DNA of 64,000 nt, from positions 1,851-65,850 of the forward strand of contig JAUZQO010000022.1 in NCBI GenBank assembly GCA_030950925.1, given 5' to 3'. Both the position numbers and the translations under genes were made by a program. The notes under the pieces were generated by a model. It ran no database searches, was not told the origin of the DNA, and was given only the letters and a program-made list of their open reading frames with translations. This DNA comes from Mariprofundaceae bacterium. Lineage in GTDB: Bacteria > Pseudomonadota > Zetaproteobacteria > Mariprofundales > Mariprofundaceae. Shown here in pieces: positions 39,401-46,988 of the stretch (the first letter of the stretch is position 1; every line of letters starts with the position of its first letter).

Positions 39401-41569
39401 CTACGCCTCATTTTTCTGAGGTTTCACTTCCTTGGCGAGTTTACCATAGTGCTGCATCAAGATTGTTTGGGCGTTGTATGGCTTACTTTTGGCATGAATA
39501 CGATAATATTTTCCATCTCGTCTTAAATTCCAAGCACCTGTGTTATCACGCAGGTAAGGACGTAAACCAAGCTTGAGAGCTTCGCGCGCTAAGGCTTTAT
39601 CGGTGATAGGAAAACAAGTTTCAACGCGACGAAGTAAGTTGCGCCCCATCCAATCGGCACTGGCACATAAAGTTTCAGGCTCACCGCCATTGTAAAAATG
39701 AAAAATACGGGTGTGTTCTAAAAAACGCCCCAAGACAGAGCGCACACTAATATTGTCTGAAATACCAGGGATACCAGGGCGTAAACAGCAAATACCGCGT
39801 ATAATCAATTGAATTTTGACACCTGCTTGTGAAGCGCGATATAAAGCTTGAATAATACTGGGTTCTTCCAATCCATTACATTTAGCAATGATGAGACCTT
39901 TCCCACCCGCTTTGGCATTGGCAGCCTCAAAATTGATGCGTTCAATCAAGCCGCTATGCAAAGAAAAGGGTGATTGCAACATGGTTTTGAGTTTGGATAC
40001 TTTACCCATGCCCGTCAGTTGTTGAAAGACACGGTGGACATCATCGGTTAAATCAGGGCGGCAACTTAGCATGCCAAAATCAGTATAAAAGCGAGAGGTG
40101 ATGGTGTGATAATTACCTGTACCCAAATGAACGTAACGACGAAGTTTGCGACCTTCACGCCGAACCACCAACATCATTTTACAATGCGTCTTATAGCCAA
40201 CAACACCATAAACCACTTGTACACCTGCATCAGAAAGGCGGTTGGCTAAGGCAATATTATCCTCTTCATTGAAGCGTGCGCGTAACTCAATCACAGCCAC
40301 AACTTCTTTGCTGTGGCGTGCAGCTTTAACCAAAGCATCCACAATGGGTGAATTGGGAACCACGCGGTACAATGTTTGTTTGATAGCTAAAACATGGGGA
40401 TCATTGGCTGCCTGTTTTAGCATTTCAATCACAGGTTGAAAGCCCTGATAAGGGTGGTGCAATAAAATATCGCGTTCTTGAATCATCTCAAAAATATGAC
40501 TATAATCATTTTGAAAAGGCTGAGCTGTGCCTGCTTCATAATTTGGAAATTTTAAATCAGGGCGTTCCAATTGATCGCATATCGGTGACAGACGATAAAG
40601 ATTAACAGGACCATCCACACGGTATAAATCATGGGTTTGTAATTGAAATTGCTGCAGTAAAAAATCGGATAATTCTTGTGGGCAGCGGGTGGATACTTCC
40701 AAACGCACGACTTCGGCAAATCGCCGCTCAAGTAATTCACCACTGATGGCTTTCTTTAAATCACCCAGTTCTTCATCCACATCCATTTCACTGTTCCGCG
40801 TAATACGAAATTGATGACATGCCATTGTTTTCATGCCTGGAAATAAATCGCCAACATGGGCATGAATAATAGAAGATAGGAAAACATAACAATCTTTGGA
40901 TGTTGCAATATCATCAGGTAATCGAACGATACGCGAAAGTGAGCGTGGAGCTTGGACAATAGCATGGCTAGATTCACGTCCAAAGGCATCCTTGCCATCC
41001 AGTTCCACAATGAAATTAAGGATTTTATTCAATAAGCGCGGGAAGGGATGCGCTGGATCAAGGCCGATGGGAGTGAGGACAGGCAAGAGTTCACGCTTGA
41101 AAAAATTGTGAATCCATTGTTGTTGTTCTTCAGTCCACTCATGGCGATGTAAAAAACAAATGCCTTCATCGCGCATATTGGGCAATAAATCATCATTCAA
41201 AAGTTTGTATTGTTGCTCGATTAAATGGCTCACACGTTGATGGATTTGCTGCAGAACCTCACTGGGAGAGATGCCATCAGCACCTGTGTTCATTGAGCCA
41301 AGGGCTAACCGTTGTTTTTGAATCGCCACGCGGACTTCAAAATATTCATCCATATTGGATGTGCAAATACACAAAAAACGCAAGCGTTCTAATAAAGGTA
41401 AGCTTGGGTCACATGCCATTTCAAATACACGTCGATTAAATTCAAGCATGCTTAAATCTCGATTGATATATAATTCGGGTGAATCAAGTGGGATGGAATG
41501 TGGCAATGGATAACCTCGGATATATTTTATGTAAGTTCGAAGAATAACAAATGTAGATGACAAAGGCAT
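39401..41569 (-). CDS. ppk: Polyphosphate kinase 1
   Basis: YINRDLSMLEFNRRVFEMACDPSLPLLERLRFLCICTSNMDEYFEVRVA is the PPK1 N-terminal signature. The autophosphorylation-His region is VGYKTHCKMMLVVRREG. Two PLD-like C domains are present. The exact start is uncertain. Confidence 0.9.
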   Translation of the reverse strand: MPLSSTFVILRTYIKYIRGYPLPHSIPLDSPELYINRDLSMLEFNRRVFEMACDPSLPLLERLRFLCICTSNMDEYFEVRVAIQKQRLALGSMNTGADGISPSEVLQQIHQRVSHLIEQQYKLLNDDLLPNMRDEGICFLHRHEWTEEQQQWIHNFFKRELLPVLTPIGLDPAHPFPRLLNKILNFIVELDGKDAFGRESSHAIVQAPRSLSRIVRLPDDIATSKDCYVFLSSIIHAHVGDLFPGMKTMACHQFRITRNSEMDVDEELGDLKKAISGELLERRFAEVVRLEVSTRCPQELSDFLLQQFQLQTHDLYRVDGPVNLYRLSPICDQLERPDLKFPNYEAGTAQPFQNDYSHIFEMIQERDILLHHPYQGFQPVIEMLKQAANDPHVLAIKQTLYRVVPNSPIVDALVKAARHSKEVVAVIELRARFNEEDNIALANRLSDAGVQVVYGVVGYKTHCKMMLVVRREGRKLRRYVHLGTGNYHTITSRFYTDFGMLSCRPDLTDDVHRVFQQLTGMGKVSKLKTMLQSPFSLHSGLIERINFEAANAKAGGKGLIIAKCNGLEEPSIIQALYRASQAGVKIQLIIRGICCLRPGIPGISDNISVRSVLGRFLEHTRIFHFYNGGEPETLCASADWMGRNLLRRVETCFPITDKALAREALKLGLRPYLRDNTGAWNLRRDGKYYRIHAKSKPYNAQTILMQHYGKLAKEVKPQKNEA

Positions 41570-41683
41570 GTCAAATATGGTGGATATAGTTATTTTAGAT
41601 GATAGGCAACGAATGTTATCATTGCCCTGATGTTGAGGTATCTTTTTTTTGCATTTTTTTAGTTCTGCATAGAGTGCCCGAAT

Positions 41684-42148
41684 ATGACCTTTATTGATTC
41701 ACACTCTCTAAGCGAGTTTTGTCCATGTGGTTTACAACAATCTTATGCTGATTGCTGCCAACCCATCATTGAAAATGATTGTGCTAGTAGCGCAGAAATG
41801 TTGATGCGTTCTCGTTACAGTGCTTTTGTGATGCAAGATGCCGCTTATTTATTAAACACATGGCATGAAAGTACACGTCCCGCTGATTTTCAACTGGGTG
41901 CATCACAATGGCTGGGCTTACACATTCTTTCTTCAACCTTTGATACAGTGAGTTTTGAAGCAGCGTTTTATACAGGCTCAAAAGGTATGATGTTGAAAGA
42001 ATGTAGCCACTTTGTGTATGAAGATGAGCATTGGCGTTATGTGGATGGTGATTGCACGGTCGAAACCATAGGGCGCAATGCTGTGTGCTTCTGTGGTAGT
42101 GGTCGTAAATTCAAGCAATGTTGCAAACCTCATAAGAGTGCTTTTTGA
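41684..42148 (+). CDS. ychJ: YchJ-family (UPF0225) protein with N- and C-terminal SEC-C zinc motifs
   Basis: CPCGLQQSYADCC at the N-terminus and CFCGSGRKFKQCC at the C-terminus, with MRSRYSAF between them. Confidence 0.8.
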   Translation: MTFIDSHSLSEFCPCGLQQSYADCCQPIIENDCASSAEMLMRSRYSAFVMQDAAYLLNTWHESTRPADFQLGASQWLGLHILSSTFDTVSFEAAFYTGSKGMMLKECSHFVYEDEHWRYVDGDCTVETIGRNAVCFCGSGRKFKQCCKPHKSAF

Positions 42149-43290
42149 CTTCTTCTTTGGTTCGTAAACTGGCAAAAAAACATGGTTTTGATGCCTGTCA
42201 TTTTTCACGCCCGATGATTAAAGCCCAAGATAAAGATGCTTTAAGCCACTGGTTGGCGAATGATTATCAAGCAAATATGACATGGATGGCTGAAGCAACA
42301 CGGCTTGAGCGGCGAAAGAATCCGAAACGTATGTTGGATGATGTACAGACGGTGATTTGTCTTGCCATGCGCCATATCCCACCTCCTTATGATTTGAAAA
42401 TGGCGCAACAGTCCAAAGAACAGGGGGTTGTGGCATCGTATGCTTATGGTTTGGATTACCATGATGTGATGAAAAAGCGACTCAAGGCCTTGGCACATGA
42501 TTTGGATGAATGCTTAGGCAAGCATGGGCAGCGTGTGTATGTGGATACCGCTCCCGTGTTGGAACACGCGCTTGCAGCATCGTCAGGCTTGGGCTGGCAA
42601 GGCAAACACAGTTTAACGATTCATCGAGAATATGGCTCTTATTTGATGTTGGGTGAAATTTTTACCACGGCATATATTGAAGCCGATCAAGCGGCCAGCC
42701 AGCATTGTGGCAGTTGCACCGCTTGTTTGGATGTGTGTCCCACAAACGCAATCATTGCCCCTTATGTGGTGGATGCAAACCTGTGTATTTCTTATTTAAC
42801 CATTGAATATAAAGGTGTGATCCCACGTGCTTTACGCTCAAAAATGGGTCATCATATTTATGGTTGTGATGATTGTCAGATGGTCTGCCCATGGAACCGT
42901 AAAATCACCCCTGTGGATGATATATTGATGGTGAATCAAGCGCATATACTGCCCATGCTATCCAAGATTTTGGCTTTAGATGAGCAAGGATTTCGTCAAC
43001 ATTTCCGAAAATCACCCGTGAAACGTACAGGGCGTGTGGCGATGTTGCGCAATGTATGTGTGGCCATGGGTAATTCTTGTGTTTCGGATTTTTTACCCCA
43101 ACTGTTGGTGGCAACGAAAGCAGAAGAAGTCTTGATTCGTGTGCATGCAATATGGGCAATATCACAGCTTATCGCCGAACCATCCAGCTTACTGAAGCAT
43201 TTAGGTTGCTTGGAAAAAGAAGAGGGCGATGATGATGTGTTGCAGGAAATTGCCCAATGTCGGAAAGAGGCGATAGCTTTCGCCTTATGA
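42145..43290 (+). CDS. queG: Epoxyqueuosine reductase
   Basis: 4Fe-4S motifs CGSCTACLDVCPTNAI and CDDCQMVCPWN, plus C-terminal HEAT-like repeats. The apparent TTG start overlaps the ychJ stop, so the start is uncertain. Confidence 0.85.
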   Translation: MTSSLVRKLAKKHGFDACHFSRPMIKAQDKDALSHWLANDYQANMTWMAEATRLERRKNPKRMLDDVQTVICLAMRHIPPPYDLKMAQQSKEQGVVASYAYGLDYHDVMKKRLKALAHDLDECLGKHGQRVYVDTAPVLEHALAASSGLGWQGKHSLTIHREYGSYLMLGEIFTTAYIEADQAASQHCGSCTACLDVCPTNAIIAPYVVDANLCISYLTIEYKGVIPRALRSKMGHHIYGCDDCQMVCPWNRKITPVDDILMVNQAHILPMLSKILALDEQGFRQHFRKSPVKRTGRVAMLRNVCVAMGNSCVSDFLPQLLVATKAEEVLIRVHAIWAISQLIAEPSSLLKHLGCLEKEEGDDDVLQEIAQCRKEAIAFAL

Positions 43291-44213
43291 ATTTAGGACA
43301 AGCCATCGTTTTGCGTATCTTACAAGCTATTCCGACACTTTTGGGTGTGGTCACCTTGGTGTTTTTTCTTTTGCATTTGGTGCCTGGAGACCCTGTGGAT
43401 GCGCTTTTGGGTGAAACAGCGATGGCAGCCGATCGAGAAGCCATGCGCCATGCCTTACATTTGGATATGCCATTGATGCAACAATATGGATTGTATTTGC
43501 AAGGCTTATTTTCGGGCAATTGGGGGCAAAGTATCATTGACCACAGGGATGTGTGGTTGCGAATGATGGAACGTTTACCTGCCACGGCAGAATTGGCAGC
43601 GGTGAGTTTGTTGTTAGCAGTCGTTCTAGCCCTGCCTTTGGGTTATTGGGCGGCGCGTTATGCAGGAAAATTTCAAGATACTGCATCCATGACCTTCTCA
43701 TTATTGGGTGTGTCGATTCCTAATTTTTGGTTGGGACCGATGTTGATGTTGTTGTTTTCCATTGAATTGGCTTGGTTGCCCGTATCAGGTATGGAACAAG
43801 CGGCTAGCCTTGTGTTACCCGCCGTAACACTGGGTACAGCCTTGGCAGCCATGTTATCTCGCATGGCACGTTCGAGTTGGTTGGAGGCCATGGGTATGGA
43901 TGCGATTCGGACAGCGCGTGCCTTTGGTATCGCTGAAAAGTGGATTTGGTGGCGACATGCTGCACGCATCGCCGCAGTACCCGTAATGACCATGTTTGCC
44001 CTGCAACTGGGGGCAGTGTTGGGGGGCGCAGTGATTACAGAAACCGTGTTCGACTGGCCAGGGTTGGGCATGTTGACCATTGAAGCCATTCAACGTCGCG
44101 ATTACCCATTGGTGCAAGGTTGCGTGTTATTGATTGCGTTGTTTTATGTGCTGGCAAATCTTTTGGCAGACGTGTTAGGCTTACTGTTGGATGCAAGGCA
44201 GCGTCATGTCTAA
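43287..44213 (+). CDS. ABC transporter permease, DppB/OppB-like
   Basis: MNLGQAIVLRILQAIPTLLGVVTLVFFLLHLVPGDPVDALLG is the typical N-terminus of family-5-associated permeases. Six TM segments. ATG 43287 overlaps the queG stop. Confidence 0.85.
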   Translation: MNLGQAIVLRILQAIPTLLGVVTLVFFLLHLVPGDPVDALLGETAMAADREAMRHALHLDMPLMQQYGLYLQGLFSGNWGQSIIDHRDVWLRMMERLPATAELAAVSLLLAVVLALPLGYWAARYAGKFQDTASMTFSLLGVSIPNFWLGPMLMLLFSIELAWLPVSGMEQAASLVLPAVTLGTALAAMLSRMARSSWLEAMGMDAIRTARAFGIAEKWIWWRHAARIAAVPVMTMFALQLGAVLGGAVITETVFDWPGLGMLTIEAIQRRDYPLVQGCVLLIALFYVLANLLADVLGLLLDARQRHV

Positions 44214-45006
44214 ACGTGTGATATTTTTGCTGTGGGTTTGCCTTTCTTTGCCCTTGGCTGTGTTGCTCTTGAGTGCATGGGTGGGGTTGGATGGGCATCG
44301 TGTGAATTTAGATGCCGTGCTTTCAGGTATGAGTGAATCCCATCTCTTGGGTTGCGATGCTTTGGGGCGTGATGTGTTATCACGCTTGGCGGAAGGACTG
44401 CAATTATCGTTGTTTGTGGGTGTGGTTGTCGTGGTTTTGGGTGCCTGTTTTGGTATCGCATTTGGCATGTTGTCGGCCTGGTATGGCGGTTGGGTGGATA
44501 TTTGTTTGATGCGTATCGCGGATGTGGTGCTGGCCTTTCCTGGTATTTTATTGGCGATTGCATTGGCTGCCATGCTTGGTCCAGGTGTCGATAATCTTAT
44601 TTTGGCATTGGTGGTGGTGGGTTGGGTTGGGTTTGCACGCTTGAGTCGTGTGCAAGTCTTATCATTAAAATCATCGCCTTTTGTTGAGGCGGCTCGCGCC
44701 AATGGCATGGGCTTATTTTATATCATGACAAGGCATTTGTTGCCAAATATTGCAGCGCCCCTGTTGGTAGAAGCAAGCTTTGGCTTGGCGGCTGTGATGA
44801 TTGGTGAGGCAGGTTTATCTTTTTTGGGAATCGGTGTGCAACCGCCGAATGCATCATTGGGTACGATGATTCGTGAAGGCACATCGTTGATGTTGGTGCA
44901 ACCCAGTTTGGTGATTTTTCCTGGTTTGATATTGTTTTTACTGGTGATGGCAGCCAACTTACTGGGCGATGCTTTGCGTGATTACTTGGATGTAAAACAA
45001 CGATAA
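44206..45006 (+). CDS. ABC transporter permease, DppC/OppC-like
   Basis: LGCDALGRDVLSRL..., and the EAA-loop region FVEAARANGMGLFYIMTRHLLPNIAAPLLV. Confidence 0.85.
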   Translation: MSKRVIFLLWVCLSLPLAVLLLSAWVGLDGHRVNLDAVLSGMSESHLLGCDALGRDVLSRLAEGLQLSLFVGVVVVVLGACFGIAFGMLSAWYGGWVDICLMRIADVVLAFPGILLAIALAAMLGPGVDNLILALVVVGWVGFARLSRVQVLSLKSSPFVEAARANGMGLFYIMTRHLLPNIAAPLLVEASFGLAAVMIGEAGLSFLGIGVQPPNASLGTMIREGTSLMLVQPSLVIFPGLILFLLVMAANLLGDALRDYLDVKQR

Positions 45007-45024
45007 CTTTTGCATGCAATCATC

Positions 45025-45115
45025 AAAAAAGGCTCCGCATAGGCGAAGCCTTTTCGTAAGCTTGTCTGGCACCTAAAAGGAGGGAGAGGGGAGGAGGGCG
45101 ACACCAGACGTGGGA
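45025..45115 (-). ncRNA. Candidate small RNA, copy 1 (C/U-rich-loop hairpin 45064-45109 + terminator 45025-45054)
   Basis: As minus-strand RNA: GUCUGGUGUC-[GCCCUCCUCCCCUCUCCCUCCUUUUA]-GGUGCCAGAC (10 bp including 3 G:U), then GGCUUCGC-CUAU-GCGGAGCC followed by U6. The same stems read on the + strand contain C:A mismatches. No promoter was identified. Confidence 0.35.
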
Positions 45116-45182
45116 AACAATAATGATCTTTTCTGATGTTTTAGTGATGACTAGGTTAAAAAATGTTTGCTCGGGAGGCATG

Positions 45183-45270
45183 AAAAAAGGCTCCGCATGA
45201 GCGAAGCCTTTTAGAAGGTTTGCCTGGCACCTATAGGAGGGAGGGGAGGAGGGCGGCACCAGACGTGGGA
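45183..45270 (-). ncRNA. Candidate small RNA, copy 2 (hairpin 45222-45264 + terminator 45183-45212)
   Basis: GUCUGGUGCC-[GCCCUCCUCCCCUCCCUCCUAUA]-GGUGCCAGGC, fully paired with G:U wobbles. The terminator is GGCUUCGC-UCAU-GCGGAGCC followed by U6. Confidence 0.35.
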
Positions 45271-45362
45271 AACAATAATGATCTTTTCTGATGTTTTAGT
45301 GATGAGTAGATTAAAAGATATTTATGTAGCAAGTGATGGCACCATGTTTATTCAGGTTCATT

Positions 45363-45447
45363 AAAAAAGGCTCCGCATAAGCGAAGCCTTTTAGAAGGTT
45401 TGTCTGGTACCTAAGGAGGGAGGGGGAGGGCGGCACCAGACGTTGCA
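45363..45447 (-). ncRNA. Candidate small RNA, copy 3 (hairpin 45402-45441 + terminator 45363-45392)
   Basis: GUCUGGUGCC-[GCCCUCCCCCUCCCUCCUUA]-GGUACCAGAC. The loop ends in CCUCCUUA. The terminator is GGCUUCGC-UUAU-GCGGAGCC followed by U6. Confidence 0.35.
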
Positions 45448-45547
45448 AACTTTAAGGCGACCTCCTGAGCTTGTGATGAAACTTAGATTAAAAGATGTTT
45501 ATGAAATATATGATTAAGATGCACCAATATAGGTAGAGGTGAAAAAA

Positions 45548-46279
45548 ATGGCAGTATTAGCAGGTATTCATACAGTAAAACACGCACTGGATTCAGGAGA
45601 AGCACTGGATGAGTTGTTAATTTTAAAAGGGAAAACACATCCACGTTTGAATGAACTTGTGCATTTGGCGAAGAAACAACGGATTCGAGTGACATTTGTA
45701 CCACGGGAAGCGCTGGAGCGTTTATCAGAGAATGTACCGCATCAAGGTGTCGTGGCACGTGTTCAACCCAAAGGTTTGGTGGATTTTAAATCATGGTTAA
45801 AAAAAGTGACAGAACAGGAGATAGGTTCTGTTTTATTGCTGGATCAAGTCACCGATCCACATAATCTGGGAGCTTGCATTCGCACAGCAGAAGCTGCTGG
45901 TTGTTTGGCTTTGATTATTCCCAAAGATCATGCTGCCAATTTGGACTCTCCTGTGGTGGCAAAAAGTGCGTGTGGCGCATTATCGCGATTGCCTGTCATA
46001 CGTGTCACCAATTTGGTACGTACGATGGAAGATTTAAAAGAAGCTGGTTTTTGGCTATCAGGTTTGGCAGGTGAAGCGGATAATGACCTCTATCAGATTA
46101 AATTTAGCGGTAAAAATGCCTTGGTGATGGGTGCAGAAGGCGCAGGTATGCGCCGATTGGTGCGTGAATCATGTGACCAATTGATACGCATACCCATGCC
46201 TGGAAATGTTGAATCTTTGAATGTATCGGTGGCAACGGGTGTTGCTTTGTTCGAAGTGGTGCGTCAGTCGCTTGTTTGA
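45548..46279 (+). CDS. rlmB: 23S rRNA (guanosine-2'-O)-methyltransferase RlmB (SpoU/TrmH family)
   Basis: ATG 45548 lies 6 nt after GAGGTGA. LLLDQVTDPHNLGACIRTAEAAG, MGAEGAGMRRLV and IPMPGNVESLNVSVATGVALFE are SpoU motifs 1-3. Confidence 0.85.
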   Translation: MAVLAGIHTVKHALDSGEALDELLILKGKTHPRLNELVHLAKKQRIRVTFVPREALERLSENVPHQGVVARVQPKGLVDFKSWLKKVTEQEIGSVLLLDQVTDPHNLGACIRTAEAAGCLALIIPKDHAANLDSPVVAKSACGALSRLPVIRVTNLVRTMEDLKEAGFWLSGLAGEADNDLYQIKFSGKNALVMGAEGAGMRRLVRESCDQLIRIPMPGNVESLNVSVATGVALFEVVRQSLV

Positions 46280-46431
46280 GAATCAGGTTTTTCAGCGATG
46301 AATGTAAAGCGTTGTCCGCAATATTGACAAGCTTTATCACCTTTTTTGATGTTGATATAAACCAGTGGATGTCCACCATGATCGGAGCATGAAACGATTT
46401 CTTTAGTGGACTCGATGCATTGTTTACTCAT
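46264..46431 (-). CDS. Small zinc-finger (zf-CHCC-like) protein, 55 aa
   Basis: MSKQCIESTKEIVSCSDHGGHPLVYINIKKGDKACQYCGQRFTF matches the C-x-(D/G)-x-GHP-x-V-(Y/F)...CpYCG pattern of the CHCC zinc-finger family. It overlaps the rlmB 3' end convergently by 16 nt. Confidence 0.6.
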   Translation of the reverse strand: MSKQCIESTKEIVSCSDHGGHPLVYINIKKGDKACQYCGQRFTFIAEKPDSQTSD

Positions 46432-46538
46432 GAAGTACCTCCCTTTAAAAAGCGGGTGAATGCTGTGGGGGGCGAGGGATGTGTCAAGTTTCAACATGTT
46501 GCGGTAGGCTTTGATTTGACCCGACCTCAAGCATATTT

Positions 46539-46979
46539 ATGGTTCGGAGCATGCAAAAGCTTCCTCATTCACTATCAATTACCCGTCAAGCGATTCAAAA
46601 AATCTGGCATGTTGCTTGTCATACGGAGAAAAACAAGGTGTTTGGTTTGCTGGGGATTTCGTCGGATGGACTGATTTGCCGCGTTCAGCACCTTGAAATT
46701 TTAACCAAGGAAAACCTGAAATATGTTACCAACCAATGGGTAAAAGATGGCCTTTCTGTGCAGGGAATTTTTCAATCAGAAGCATTTGAAATGAAATTTA
46801 TTCATGAGATTGGAGATATCGTGCCTACGCATGCATGGGTTTATTTGGTGTTAAATATTGATACCCAAGGTTGTCTTAAATCAACCTTATATGGTTTGAA
46901 AAATAATTTGGAAGAAAATGAATTTGTGGAACGATCTATGATCCTCGTGGATGATGGACAGTATCCCTTAAAAGGCTAG
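46539..46979 (+). CDS. Hypothetical protein (146 aa)
   Basis: Uninterrupted ORF immediately upstream of hemA. No confident motif and the start is uncertain (46539 or 46551). Confidence 0.45.
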   Translation: MVRSMQKLPHSLSITRQAIQKIWHVACHTEKNKVFGLLGISSDGLICRVQHLEILTKENLKYVTNQWVKDGLSVQGIFQSEAFEMKFIHEIGDIVPTHAWVYLVLNIDTQGCLKSTLYGLKNNLEENEFVERSMILVDDGQYPLKG

Positions 46980-46988
46980 GTTCACCCG

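Larger units (their letters stand above)
45025..45510. repeat. Three tandem copies (units start at 45025, 45183 and 45363) of a composite repeat: a terminator-like hairpin, a long-loop polypurine/polypyrimidine hairpin and a conserved tail
   Basis: Direct alignment by eye. aaaaaaggctccgcatNNgcgaagcctttt...g[t/c]ctgg[c/t]acc-(purine loop)-g[a/g]caccagacgt occurs in all three copies. gggaaacaataatgatcttttctgatgttttagtgatga is shared by copies 1 and 2, and tagattaaaagat[a/g]tttatg by copies 2 and 3. Confidence 0.9.

Noticed and set aside
45123-45200. Small plus-strand ORFs inside repeat copies 1 and 2 (MIFSDVLVMTRLKNVCSGGMKKGSA, and MIFSDVLVMSRLKDIY... starting at 45278)
   Set aside because: The N-termini are identical only because the DNA is repeated. 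The C-termini diverge and run through the terminator hairpin, copy 3 lacks the ORF, and the purine tract lies about 30 nt from the ATG, too far to act as an SD. It is kept only as an alternative hypothesis to the minus-strand sRNA reading.
45023-45259. Minus-strand 78-aa ORF (MPPSSPPSYRCQ...)
   Set aside because: It is a translation artefact of the polypyrimidine loops and hairpins of the tandem repeat. The frame is not conserved between repeat copies.
45025-45510. Possible CRISPR array
   Set aside because: Repeat units are about 160-180 bp with internal hairpins. This is not 25-40-bp repeats separated by unique spacers, and no cas genes are present.
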